Assembly: GCF_006345805.1 (NCBI RefSeq)
Contig: NC_042997.1
Span: forward strand, 87,544,001 to 87,608,000
Origin: Octopus sinensis
Lineage: Eukaryota
Direction of reading: 5' to 3'
Length of the DNA stretch: 64,000 nt
A program made the translations under genes and the position numbers. The notes beneath the pieces were generated by a model. The model was not told the origin of the DNA and made no database searches. It saw only the letters and a list, made by a program, of their open reading frames with translations. The number at the start of each line of letters is the position of its first letter. Position 1 is the stretch's first letter. Below, piece after piece: positions 1 to 11,639 of the stretch.

Positions 1-109
1 CACCAAGCAATGACAAAGACTGACACAATGACTCAGTCACTCACTCTCACACATACACACATACACCCCCCACATATATATATATATATACACATGTAGG
101 CATGTGTGT

Positions 110-153
<44 letters not shown>

Positions 154-302
154 ATATTTACTTGCAGTTAAACATATGTCCAGTTATAGAGTAACCAATG
201 GTTTCGTATCCATAAAGCACTTAGCTTTATAGATGACTTGTCAGACTCTAAAGGAAGAGGGCATATAACCTCTCTTGACCAGACATATATTCCTTTATTC
301 TT

Positions 303-494
303 TTAGCACAAGGCCCTAAATTTTGGGGGAGGGGACCAGTCGATTAGATTGACCCCAGTACGCAACTGGTACTTAATTTATCGACCCCGAAAGGATGAAA
401 GGCAAAGTCAACCTTGGCGGAATTTGAACTCAGAATGTAGCGGCAGACGAAATACCGCTAAGCATTTCGCCCAGCGTGCTAACGTTTCTGCCAG
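303..494 (-). mobile_element. tRNA-derived SINE, family A (head CTGGCAGAAACGTTAGC...GAGTTCAAATTCC; body CTTTCATCCTTTCGGGGTCGATAAATTAAGTACCAG)
   Basis: Pol III A/B-box-like head on the minus strand; more than 15 related copies in the window. Confidence 0.85.
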
Positions 495-627
495 TATTGC
501 TCTATCCTTTTGAGTGTGCTTCTTTTTCGGATATATGATCCATTGACAGATGGATATGTAAACAAAATACGACCATACCTGGTCAATAATTAGACACTTG
601 GGTCTCTACAACACACTATCCCGGAAA

Positions 628-1735
628 TGTGAGCAAGTTTGACCTGAAGCTGAATGTGGTCTTTGTGCCTTCAGAGAGAAACAAGGCAGATGCTCTAACC
701 AGGGTAAAAAAGTCCTGGTTAGGGGAGCCAGGAGAATCGAAGCAAGGGGTAGCCGTGGTGTGCGAGTTAAATGACTGAGAGCTAAGGAGACTGCATGCCA
801 AGCATCATATTGGCTTGGATAGGACCCTGTATCTGAACAGGAGGATTGACGCTGACATTACCAGATGGAGCATCCAAAAGGTGGTCAGGAACTGTGACAG
901 GTGTCAATCCATCGACCCTGCTCTAGGTGTGCATGAGCAGGGGAACATTTCGGTAGAGCACAACTGGAGACGACTAGCAGTGGATGTAACACACTACCGG
1001 CAGGGGACGTATCTTTAAATGGTTGATTGTGGGCCGGGCCGGATGGCTATTTGGAGGGAATTGAGGGCAGGCACTGTGGAAAAGATGGCATGTATTCTAA
1101 ACAAGGTATTTTTAGAGCAAGGCCCTGTGGATGAATTGATGATAGACAACAGCACAGCATTTCATTCGGAGGTGCCGAAGGAGATCGTTGACAAGTGGAA
1201 AGTGCACCGCTTTTTCAGAGTGGCATACAGGCCAAGTGGAAATGGGATCGTGGAGAGACATCATCAAATGATCAAACCATGGTGGAGAGGGGACATGTCT
1301 TGCCACTGGAAGTGGTGTTCTGGTACAACATGTCACCCTGATCAGGACAGGCCAAAGAGTCTGTGCCACATAGAGCAATATTCAAATATGAATGGTGGCA
1401 TTCGACTAAACCATTGAGATACCCTGTAGAAGTGAGAGTGCCTGAATTTGTGGAGGTGGGAGATGAAGTCTGGGTCAAGCCACCAAAAGCACGCTGCACA
1501 ACTCAGTGGAACAGAGGTATAGTGGTGGCTGTCAATTCCCAAAACAACATTTCTGTGGATGGAATACCGCATCATGTCGTAAGATTGTTGCTTCATCAGA
1601 TGATGATTGTGGATAAGGGGAAGAGAATGAGGCTCTCCGTTTAAGAAGATCACAACGTGCAAGGTGCCACCCGGTTGGGTGGTAGATTTCAACATGAAGT
1701 GAAGTAAGGAGATGATCTTTGAGATCAGGGAGGCA
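628..1735 (+). pseudogene. Decayed Ty3/Gypsy LTR-retrotransposon pol 3' half (RNase H end, HHCC zinc finger, integrase core, GPY/F-like tail)
   Basis: One frame reads FDLKLNVVFVPSERNKADALTR, then LHAKHHIG...CDRC, LAVDVTHY, MIDNSTAF, RPSGNGIVERHH. In-frame stops at 776-778 and 1016-1018. Frameshifted VGDEVWVK and LRRSQRAR segments follow. Confidence 0.9.
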
Positions 1736-2051
1736 TGTGGACATGAGCCGGAAGAAGAGGGCCATGATGTCAATGGTCAAGGGACTGACCAAAAGAGGAA
1801 GCATGAGAAGGGAAGTGTGGGAGAGACAGGACAGGGCTGACCTCCTCTTGCCCACTGAGGCATCATGGTTAGATAGTAGCTGCTTATACTGAGTGCCAAG
1901 GTAGGGCAGGATCGCTGGAATGACTACTATTAGACAGGTCCAGATGAGAGAGGAAGGTAGGTGAATCTCTTTTCATTTCCCATGCATGACAATCACCTTT
2001 GCAATGGCTAATTTCATGTGATTGGCTTTTGCTGAAGGAGTAAGTTTGACA
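1736..2051 (+). mobile_element. Putative 3' LTR of the Gypsy element
   Basis: Purine-rich GAGATCAGGGAGGCA (PPT-like) immediately before TGTGG at 1736; candidate ...TTTGACA end at 2051. No second LTR is available to confirm. Confidence 0.45.
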
Positions 2052-2060
2052 CTGCTGCCT

Positions 2061-2199
2061 ATATATATATATGTGTGTATATATATTTTTTATGTATGTG
2101 TGTGTATATGTATGTATGTACATATATGTGTATATATATGTACATATATATGTATATATATATATATAGATATATATATATTATATATATATAGATATA

Positions 2200-2237
<38 letters not shown>

Positions 2238-2263
2238 TATATATATAATATATAGATATATAT

Positions 2264-2297
<34 letters not shown>

Positions 2298-2514
2298 GAT
2301 ATATATATATATATATAGATATATATATATATATATAGATATATATATTATATATATAATATATATATATTATATATATATATATATATAAGATATATAT
2401 ATATATATATAGATATATATATATATATATAGATATATATATTATATATATATTATATAGATATATATATATATATATATATAGATATATATATAGATAT
2501 ATATATATATATAG

Positions 2515-2546
<32 letters not shown>

Positions 2547-2608
2547 GATATAGATATATATATATATATATATTATATAGATATATATAGATATATAATA
2601 TATATAAT

Positions 2609-2678
<70 letters not shown>

Positions 2679-2741
2679 TATATATATATATATATATATA
2701 TATAGATATATATAGATATAGATATATATATATATATATAT

Positions 2742-2808
<67 letters not shown>

Positions 2809-2883
2809 TATATATATATATATATATATATATAGATATATATATATATATATATAGATATTATATATATATATATATATATT

Positions 2884-2932
<49 letters not shown>
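2061..2932. repeat. About 870-bp (TA)n array with interspersed TAGA/TAA variants
   Basis: Direct reading. Confidence 0.95.
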
Positions 2933-2936
<4 letters not shown>

Positions 2937-3050
2937 TAAAAGGAATTCCGACCTTGTCTGATTTTCACGTTTTATTTACAATCTTATAATGATATAAGAT
3001 AATATAATAAAATAAAATAAAATAATAGAATGTTAAATGTTCATTCTGAT

Positions 3051-3095
3051 TGAACCAGTACTTTCATGCATTAAATTCTGCAATCTTCAGGTTCA
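3051..3095 (-). ncRNA. Type I hammerhead ribozyme motif, probably inactive (G17)
   Basis: Minus strand: UGAAC-CUGAAGA-UUGCA(GAAUUUAA)UGCAU-GAA-AGUACU-G-GUUCA. 5-bp stem I, 4-bp stem II, palindromic stem III. Confidence 0.7.
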
Positions 3096-3744
3096 TGTAG
3101 TTGTGGTGACAGTCATGCTTCACAATTTTTGACTGTAGCGAGATGATTAAATCTGTGCTTTAAATACAGTTGGGTAGGCTCCAGATGCTAGGTTTTGCAA
3201 ACTGTATTCTGACCAATCAGTGTGTAGTATCACTCAATTACTTAAGCTGATTGGTTGGTTGAGCTGATTGGTTTAGGCGTCACGTTTTGTTGGACATGTC
3301 AAGAGTCCTGTATCTTGACCCTGGCCGAAGCAGCAATTGTTGGGCTATTTTTAGAAATGTTGTAAATAGCCTTTGTCAGAGATTTTTATATTTTTATATT
3401 TCAATTGTCATCATCATCATTGTCAGTACCTTAATTATTGTTGCTAGTGGTGATGGTGGTGGCAATAGAACTTTTAACCCTAAATAAGATAATTTTCCTG
3501 CTATCTAAGTATTATTATTATTGCTTATTTAGCTTGGGTTCGAATTTATCAATAAAATTCTTTTCTCTGATTTTCCTCTCGATTTCACTTGGGCTGTGTA
3601 ATTTGTAGAATGGAAATATTATATACATTTTCCGGCCACATGTTGCTAGGTGGTTACTCAAAGGTATCTGAGTAACCAGAAAAAAAAAAAAAATATATAT
3701 ATATATATATATACGCACACATACACACATACACACACACACAC

Positions 3745-3880
3745 AACAGGCTTCCATGATCTTTCTGTCTATCAAAAAATTCAATCACAAGGCATTGATT
3801 GCTTAAGGACTATAGTAGAAGATACTTGATCAAGCCACATGATTGCAAAGTGAGTTTTTTAACCACACAGCCATATCTGC
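3745..3880 (-). mobile_element. Degenerate SINE family B head
   Basis: Similar to the GGCTGTGTGGT...CTACTATAG...CTTGTGA...GAAGCC consensus of family B. Confidence 0.6.
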
Positions 3881-4199
3881 ACCATGTTAAAATTTTAACA
3901 GGACATTTTTGTAAGTAGAATACTGGCCTAGAAATTTTGGGTGTCTACATTGTGAATGTATAAACTTTTTGTTTTACTTCTCAAGTTCTAATAGTGATAT
4001 TTTACCAACATGTGTGTCTCTCTCACATTCACAGATACACATCTATGAGTTCATCACGCACATATAGGTGTGCCTGTGTTTGTGTGTGTGTGTGTCTAGA
4101 GGTAAACGTACTCAACTGTTATTCCTTGACAAACTTCCATACATACAACTATTATTTATTTATTTGGACAGTTTGGAACAGATTCAGAATTCTATTGGT

Positions 4200-4390
4200 A
4201 TTGGTTTTCTGTAAATCACACAGACTCATGTGCATACATATATACATACACACGTGTTTGTACACTCACATACAGATGTATATATATATATTGTATAATA
4301 CAGGTATCTATGTTATATAAATATGGATACATACCCACACACATTTGTCTGTATAAATATATATATGTGTATATATATATATGTATACAT

Positions 4391-4440
<50 letters not shown>

Positions 4441-4615
4441 ACATACACACACATATTTGTGTATGTATGTATGTAAGTATGTATTTATATAAATATAGAG
4501 AGAGTATATGTATACATATATGCATCTTTGTATGCATGTGTATGTATATATATATATGCATGCGTGTATACATACACGCATTTGTGCGTACACACACACA
4601 CACACACACACATTG
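4200..4615. repeat. Compound (TA)n/(CA)n/(TG)n microsatellite region
   Basis: Direct reading; it produces the spurious YI/HT/CV ORFs in the track. Confidence 0.9.
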
Positions 4616-5064
4616 AATTTGTGTCTTTTAATTATATATTCCTTCAATATGCAGTTAATTATATGTCCTTCAAGAAATTTCATTATGTTCATACTGCGTA
4701 TGTTTAATTATCTAACAAGCGGGATTTCTGCTGTTATATGTGTATAGTTTTCTCTCAGTCATGATTTATGCTTTACTGCTACGTATATTAGATTAATTAT
4801 CCTTCTTGATACTTATATATGTTTAATTGCACATTTTTCTGATTGCATTCTATAAAATTGCTTTCAGCAATGGCATGAGGTCTGTGATTTTTGAAGTAGA
4901 AAAGATGCAGTTGTGATATTTATGCTTTCCCTCAGAGATTTAGTGAGAGAAATAAATGAAGGTAGTAGTTTGCAGATTTAGCTGGCAGGAAACATATCTG
5001 CTCTTAGCTGAATGTCAAGATTCTCTGCAGTATACATACATAGACACACACACACACACACAAG

Positions 5065-5099
<35 letters not shown>

Positions 5100-5950
5100 G
5101 GAAAAGAATATTTAAAAGAAATTTTTAAAATATCTATTAGATTAGGGCTACAAGATAACAGTTTACTTGAAGTGACTGCCCTCAACTTCTAACACAGCCT
5201 CAAGACAGCTTCAGAAACTGGTGTATGCATTCTTACCGTATCCCTGGGAAGATCTTTGAACATCTCCTAGATCTTGACCACCAGCGCAGCCTTGGTCTTG
5301 CAAGCAGAGCAGTTGGTGTCTTTCTTAATGGTACCCCATGCGTAGTAATCCATGGGATTACAATCAAGGGAATTAGAAAGTCAGAAATTGGGGCTAGTGA
5401 AGTTTTAGAAAACCTCTGACAGTCACTTCTGATTCTTTAGTGAGGCATGACAAGGACCTGAATCCTATTGCCACACATGTGACCTTCCAGTAGCAACCCT
5501 CTCCAACAAGGGTTTGATCATTGTCTCCAGTAGTTTCACATAGCTATCTGAATTGAGTCTAAGGCTCTGTTCAAAGATGTGGGGTACATGTTGACACCAT
5601 CACTGGAGACACACCCAATGACTATCACAGTTTGGGAGAAATTGGTTTCTATGATGTCCTTACAAAATCTTACTGCCTTTACAGTGTTCACAGAGCATTG
5701 AGCAGCAATCATGATATCAGCATTTTAATACCTGGTGTAGATCATCACGACACAGGTAACTCTTTTCCAATATTCAGATGTCTTCCAGTCCTCCATGACA
5801 GCTGACTTTTTCTCAACTACAACTTTACTCTTTATGCTCTCTGATGCCATTGACTATTCACCAATACATCAAGCTGTTCCTGAAAAGGAGACATAAAATA
5901 TCAAATTTAGCCTGACCACTATGTAATTATTCCTTTTTTTCGGTGCAGTA
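5100..5950 (-). mobile_element. Internally deleted Tc1/mariner (maT/DD37D-like) transposon remnant
   Basis: Minus strand: LNSDSYVKLLETMIKP...HVWQ*DSGPCHAS...SLDCNPMDYYAWG; TA-CTGCACCGAAAA terminus at about 5950. Confidence 0.8.
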
Positions 5951-7251
5951 AATATTGAAGCACAGATAAAGCTACTATAAATAATACCATGTAAATATTG
6001 GGTTGAAAAACCTTTTTGCCCTTTTGGATAGAAAAAGCTAAAGGGATTATTTTGTGTTCTCTCAAAAGTTTATACAATACACTTGTTGGTAATAATAAAG
6101 TTTCTAAAATGGATAGAGAAATTCAAAGGAATGGTCTAGTTCAATGTAAGAATGGCTGTCATGTCTACAGGAGATGTGGGTTCAAGTCCCAGAAGCAGCA
6201 TTCGCTGTATACTATCTAAAGGGATTTTTCAGCCCAATATTAACATGCTTTTATTTGTAATAGCATTATGAGTACTTCAAGATCAGCTGTTCCAAAAGAG
6301 AATTATTTGATGCTCTCTCAAATGTTTATGAATTCTTATGATATCTATAATATGTAATTATACAACTGTCTGTACATCTTGTACACCATAAATATATAGC
6401 CATCTGTATATCATTCATGCAGATATCTATACACTAGAGCTAATTATTTTTATTATTATACTAAACTAAACATTCATCAAAATGTTATTTAGCCAAGAAA
6501 TATTAATTCTCTGAACACTCCTCCTCACAGTATATATATATATATATACATATGAGTACAAACATATTGCATTTATGTCTGTTTATCCATGTATCAGAAA
6601 TTATTCAGATAAGAAATTAAATATTTTAATATTATTTGATTTTGTATCTGAAGAATTTCTGATAGGAAATTCCTTACTTGTTTATCTAACATGTAAGACT
6701 CTGTAATTCAATTTAGCAAATGAAACATGTGTAATGCAGAATATATAATACCAATAAATTTTCCAACTTCCTATTTCTTTATACAATAACTCTGCAAACA
6801 ATATTTCCAGAATTTTCAATTCTAATATACAGCTTGCATCTGTACAACAACAACAGCAATTACATATTAGATTGTAATAATGGAATGAGCAGATGAGCTT
6901 CAAAAGAGAACAGCTGAGATTTCACCCTACCTACCTACATAATATAGACACACATGCACGCACACACATGCATGCGTGAGCGTACACACACACACATGCA
7001 CACACATACACACACACACAGACAAGTAGAAGGTAAACTTGTCTTGGCCTTAGACCAACCAATGCTTTGTGAGAAAATTTAGTACATAGAAACTGTAGAA
7101 TACCTAATGTATATATGCATGCATGGAATATAATGCAACATATGTTAGATAAGCATGTATATGTATGAGTGTGTGTAAATGTTGATGTTCTACCTGTCAT
7201 CAGGTGAGTAAATCAGTGATGATCTTTAAATTCATTGTTGACATTATGTTT

Positions 7252-7390
7252 GGAGTGGTTCTCAATCGTTTTTTGCCCATGAACCCCTTTTATTCCTATT
7301 TTACTCTACTGGATCTACATAGCTATTTGAAGTTTTAAAAACATCCCATCATATTTTTTTAATTAAATATTATTAAGAATTGTATTTAAA
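7252..7390 (+). mobile_element. Possible hAT-type MITE fragment (related copy at about 60425-60600)
   Basis: (C)AGTGGTTCTCAA-type terminus; interior similar between the two loci. Confidence 0.4.
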
Positions 7391-7392
7391 AA

Positions 7393-7945
7393 AGGCATTG
7401 GAGTGGCTGTGTGGTAAGTAGCTTACTTACAAACCACATGGTTCCAGGTTCAGTCCCACTGCGTGGCACCTTGGGCAAGTGTCTTCTCGAGCCGACCAAA
7501 GCCTTACGAGTGGATTTGGTAGGCAGAAACTGAAAGAAGCCTGTCGTATATATGTAGGCGCAGGAGTGGATGTGTGGTAAGTAGCTTGCTAACCAACCAC
7601 ATGGTTCTGGGTTCAGTCCCACTGCGTGGCATCTTGGGCAAGTGTCTTCTACTATAGCCTCGGGCCACCCAAAGCCTTGTGAGTGGATTTGGTAGACGGA
7701 AACTGAAAAAAGTAAAGAGTAAAAGAGTATATATATATGTATGTATGTGTATGTCTGTGTTTGTCCCTCCAACATTACTTGACAACTGATGCTGGTGTGT
7801 TTACATGCCCCGTAACTTAGCGGTTTGACAAAAGAGACCGATAGAATAAGTGCTAGGCTTATGATGAATGAGTCCTGGGGTCGATTGACTAAAGGTGGTA
7901 CTCCAGCATGGCCACAGTCAAATGACTGAAACAAGTAAAAGAGTA
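7393..7945 (+). mobile_element. SINE family B (compound, with internal microsatellite) with a duplicated tRNA-like head
   Basis: Two heads GGAGTGG(C/A)TGTGTGGTAAGTAGCTTGC...GGTTCAGTCCCACTGCG at about 7393 and 7554; tail ...CAGTCAAATGACTGAAACAAGTAAAAGAGT. Confidence 0.85.
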
Positions 7946-9231
7946 AATATCTTGTGTACAATTAGAAACATAACTGATTTATTGCATATAATTTTTAACA
8001 AAATATTATCTAGACCCTGGCTGAGAACCATGCTCTATACTTTCAATGGACTTTGGAGTAAAATACTTACCAAATAAGGATTGAAGTCAGGAAGTACATT
8101 CAGCTTTTTGCAAGAAAACGGTCTCTGTCTGACCCATGCTAGCATGGAAAAACAGATGTTAGATGAATGAATAAAACAAATTAATGGATATATATATACC
8201 ATATTTCAAATGTCAGCAACCTAGAAATCTGGTTCCAAACATTGTACGTAGAGCATCTGGCATATCTCTTACCTGCAACATGAAAGAACATGAAATATAA
8301 CCAACCATAAAACTCAACTACGGAAATAAACAAGATATGGAGACAAAAGTATTAAAAAATTGCTCCAGGTTTACTACATTCACATCACAGAAATATAGGT
8401 ATAGGAGATTAGCAGAGAAATATAAGTGGAAAAAAGAAATACAAATCATATATGGCTTCCATTGTCTCCACAACATAGAATCTAAATGGTGCGCTTCATT
8501 TAAAACTAAACTCCATGGAAACTCTGTCTGAAGACCACCAACACAATGTAAAAATAATTTAGTGTGTCTCTATGCATTATTTTATCTGTTAGAAACAGCA
8601 GCCAAATCTCCCTCAAATACTTTGTCATCATTAACATTTAGTGTCCATATTTCATGTTGGGGATCTGTTCAGTTTGGCTCAGATTTTTTAATTAACCTTT
8701 TTTAACTAAGCAATTTGTATACTGGTGGAATTCTCACCCAGAACATGGTTTACTTTGAACATTTTTGACAAAATTTAGTATTTTAGAAGTTATTTTGTGT
8801 TTAGTTAAAAAAAAATTAATAAAAAAATCTGTGAGCCAAACTGAACAGATCCCACGTTGGCATGGGTTGGATAGTTTGAGCTCCTATGTTTGTTTTGGCA
8901 TGGTTTCTATGGATGGATGCCTTTCCTAATACCGACCATAGAGTATTGAATGCCTTTTTCATGTTCCTGGCACTAGTGAAGTTAGCAAGCAGTTCACAAG
9001 ACAAAATCCTTTGATTAAGTAGGGTCTAGTATTATTGACATGGGCTAAACTGCAACAACAAAAACACTAACCACAACAACAAAAGATATTCAAAATGAAA
9101 GCTCACCAGCACATGCAAGAGGCAGTTTGTTTCTGCAGTTCCAATTCTGCAAAAGTGTTCAAATACATGGAAACATCTACATTAGGCCAAATGACTATTA
9201 AATTACATCATTCTTATTTTTAATTTTTTTT

Positions 9232-9598
9232 TTATTGGCTACAATGGACTAAACATAGAGGGGACAAACAAGGACAGACAAAGCGATTAAGTCGATGATA
9301 TCGACTCCAGTGTGTAACTGGTACTTAATTTATCGACTCTGAAAGGATGGAAGGCTAAGTTGACCTCGGCAGAATTTGAACTCAGAACATAACAGCAGAC
9401 AAAATACCTATTTCTTTATTGCCCACAAGGGCCTAAACATAGAGGGGACAAACAAGTACAGACGAATGGATTAAGTTGATTACATCGATCCCAGTGTGTC
9501 ATTGGTACTTAATTTATCGACCCCAAAAAGATGAAAGGTAAAGTCAACCTCGGCGGAATTTGAACTCAGAATACAGCGGCAGATGAAATACTGCTAAG
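9232..9598 (-). mobile_element. Tandem dimer of SINE family A (GTTTGTCCCCTCT-tail subfamily)
   Basis: Two adjacent units of about 180 bp, junction near 9410. Confidence 0.8.
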
Positions 9599-9802
9599 AC
9601 TCTGAAATTTTTGACTAACACCAGTATAATAGTATAATACAGAATGCTGTGTGTGACTTTTACTTGAGAATATACCTTTAGAACATAAAAATGTAAAACA
9701 AAGCTATGTAGACCTATAGGGCAACTTATGACCAGATCAACTTACTACCAGTCAGTTGGAACCAATTGCGGTTATAAGTCAGCAACAACCTGTATATATA
9801 TA

Positions 9803-9845
<43 letters not shown>

Positions 9846-10155
9846 CATATATATATATATCCTTGTCATCGTCATTTTAAATCCACTTTTCCATACTTAC
9901 ATTTGTTTGATGGAATTTGTGGAAACAGCATTTTTACAGCAATATACTGTTTCCGTTGCCAACCACCACTTGTTTCCAAACAAGGTAATATTTCCCCTTG
10001 GCTGGACATGTTTACATGGCAGACTAGAAATGAATGACATTGCTGGTATGATGGTGACACTCATTTTATCATGCAAAGTCAAATTTGGAGGCATGTACAT
10101 ACACACGTGTGCCGTTGGTGATTTCTTTTCCTTCTCTGAACTTTTCCCTTTCTCC

Positions 10156-10188
10156 TTTCTGATGAAGAACTACGCTCAAAACATCAAA
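10156..10188 (+). ncRNA. Decayed minimal hammerhead motif
   Basis: UUU-CUGAUGA-A-GAAC(UAC)GCUC-AAAAC-AUC-AAA; becomes canonical GAGC/GCUC-GAAAC-GUC with three A-to-G reversions, two of them at CpG sites. Confidence 0.5.
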
Positions 10189-10420
10189 CTCTCATTTTGT
10201 ACAGAATACTGCCTGGATTTACCTGGGACTATACTCAAAGACCTATACTTTCATGAAAGTATGGACCAACCTCCATACCCTCTGTAAGAAGATGAGGTGC
10301 GAACTTTATTCTCCTGTCTGTATTCTTCTATTTACTGTTTTACTCTTTATTCTTCTATCTACTATTTTCTTCCTTTATAAATTGTGAATTCTCTGTCTAG
10401 AACTTTCCTACATACTCACC

Positions 10421-10500
10421 ATGTCACTGATGATGGAATACCCAGTGTATGGAGATGCTAAACTATCACTCAGGATATCCCAGAAACAGCTGTAAGACAT
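10421..10500 (+). ncRNA. Type I hammerhead ribozyme motif with intact catalytic core
   Basis: AUGUC-A-CUGAUGA-[long stem II UGGAAUACC.../...GGAUAUCCCA]-GAA-ACAGCUGU-A-A-GACAU. GUA cleavage triplet and 8-nt palindromic stem III. Confidence 0.8.
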
Positions 10501-10639
10501 CTAATAATTAATTAATTACCTCAAATTCACCTTTAATTAAATATTCTAAATAACTTGAGATACTCGTCCTGCCTTGGATTTTGTTACCTGTTTTCCTCTA
10601 ATAATATGTATATACAGATAGATAGATATGTATATATGT

Positions 10640-10855
10640 TTTTCTTTACTACCCACAAGGGCCTAAACACAGAGGGGACAAACAAGGAGAGACAAACGGA
10701 TTAAGTCGATTATATCGACCCCAGTGTGTAACTGGTACTTATTTAATCGACCCCTAAAGGATGAAAGGCAAAGTCGACCTCAGCGGAATTTGAACTCAGA
10801 CGAAATACGACTACACATTTCGCCCAGTGTGCTAACGTTTCTGCCAGTTCGCCGC
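10640..10855 (-). mobile_element. SINE family A
   Basis: Near-complete copy similar to 303-494 and 9232-9598. Confidence 0.85.
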
Positions 10856-11085
10856 ATTAGATATGTATATATGTGTACACACACACACGCACGCACACAC
10901 ACACACACGCACGCACACACACACACACACACACACATATATCATCATCATCATCACTGTCATCATCATCATCACCGTCATCATCATCATTGTTTGATGT
11001 CCATAGATATGTATATATATATATATAGACATATGTAGATACATATATAGCTGTGGTTATATATAAATATATATACATATGTATA

Positions 11086-11303
11086 TATGAGGGGGTGTTG
11101 AAAAGTTCTTGGCTTTAAGGGTATCATGAAAAGCCTGGTTAAAGGCCCAACCTTCCAGGTTCTTTTACTGAGCTTAGAAAAACTGAAGGACCACTGCAGT
11201 AAGTGTGTGAATCTGAGAGGGGAATATGTTGAATAAAATTATTAACTGATTCTACTGTATTTTCTTTTACCCAAAGCCAGGAAATTTTCAGGACCCTGTC
11301 ATA
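11086..11303. mobile_element. Mariner-type MITE
   Basis: About 31-bp imperfect TIRs (TATGAGGGGGTGTTGAAAAGTTCTTGGCTTT / AAAGCCAGGAAATTTTCAGGACCCTGTCATA) in TA context. Confidence 0.75.
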
Positions 11304-11394
11304 TATATATATATTGACAATATTAAAAATAAGGATTACTCTGAAGTAGCAATAGCATTGCCTTTAATTCTATAATTCTATACACCCTTTTAAG

Positions 11395-11482
11395 ACTAAC
11401 ACATGTTTCAATTGCACTGGTTAATTATCGTTGCAATTGCAACCCTACTATAAAATGGTGCAGTCTCTTCAGGGATCCCTCT
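11395..11482 (-). ncRNA. Hammerhead motif in the 3' region of a Penelope-like element
   Basis: Minus strand: CUGAAGA-GACUGCAC...GUGCAAUU-GAA-ACAUGU-G. About 170 nt downstream of the GIY-YIG stop, same strand. Stem I does not pair. Confidence 0.6.
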
Positions 11483-11639
11483 TTATGACTGTTTAATGAT
11501 TTTCTTTTATAAACTCTGCATTGTATAAGTGACAGCTGTCTGATAAGTGAGACATGGACAATCTCTATTTCAAGTTCTTATTGGATAAACGTTTTCAGTC
11601 CAGCATTTCAAAACCTTGTATAGTTTAAATGATAATTAT

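Noticed and set aside
7386-7961. 191-aa ORF and similar ORFs at 29108, 30410, 30606 and 35537
   Set aside because: Chance open frames through SINE family B copies.
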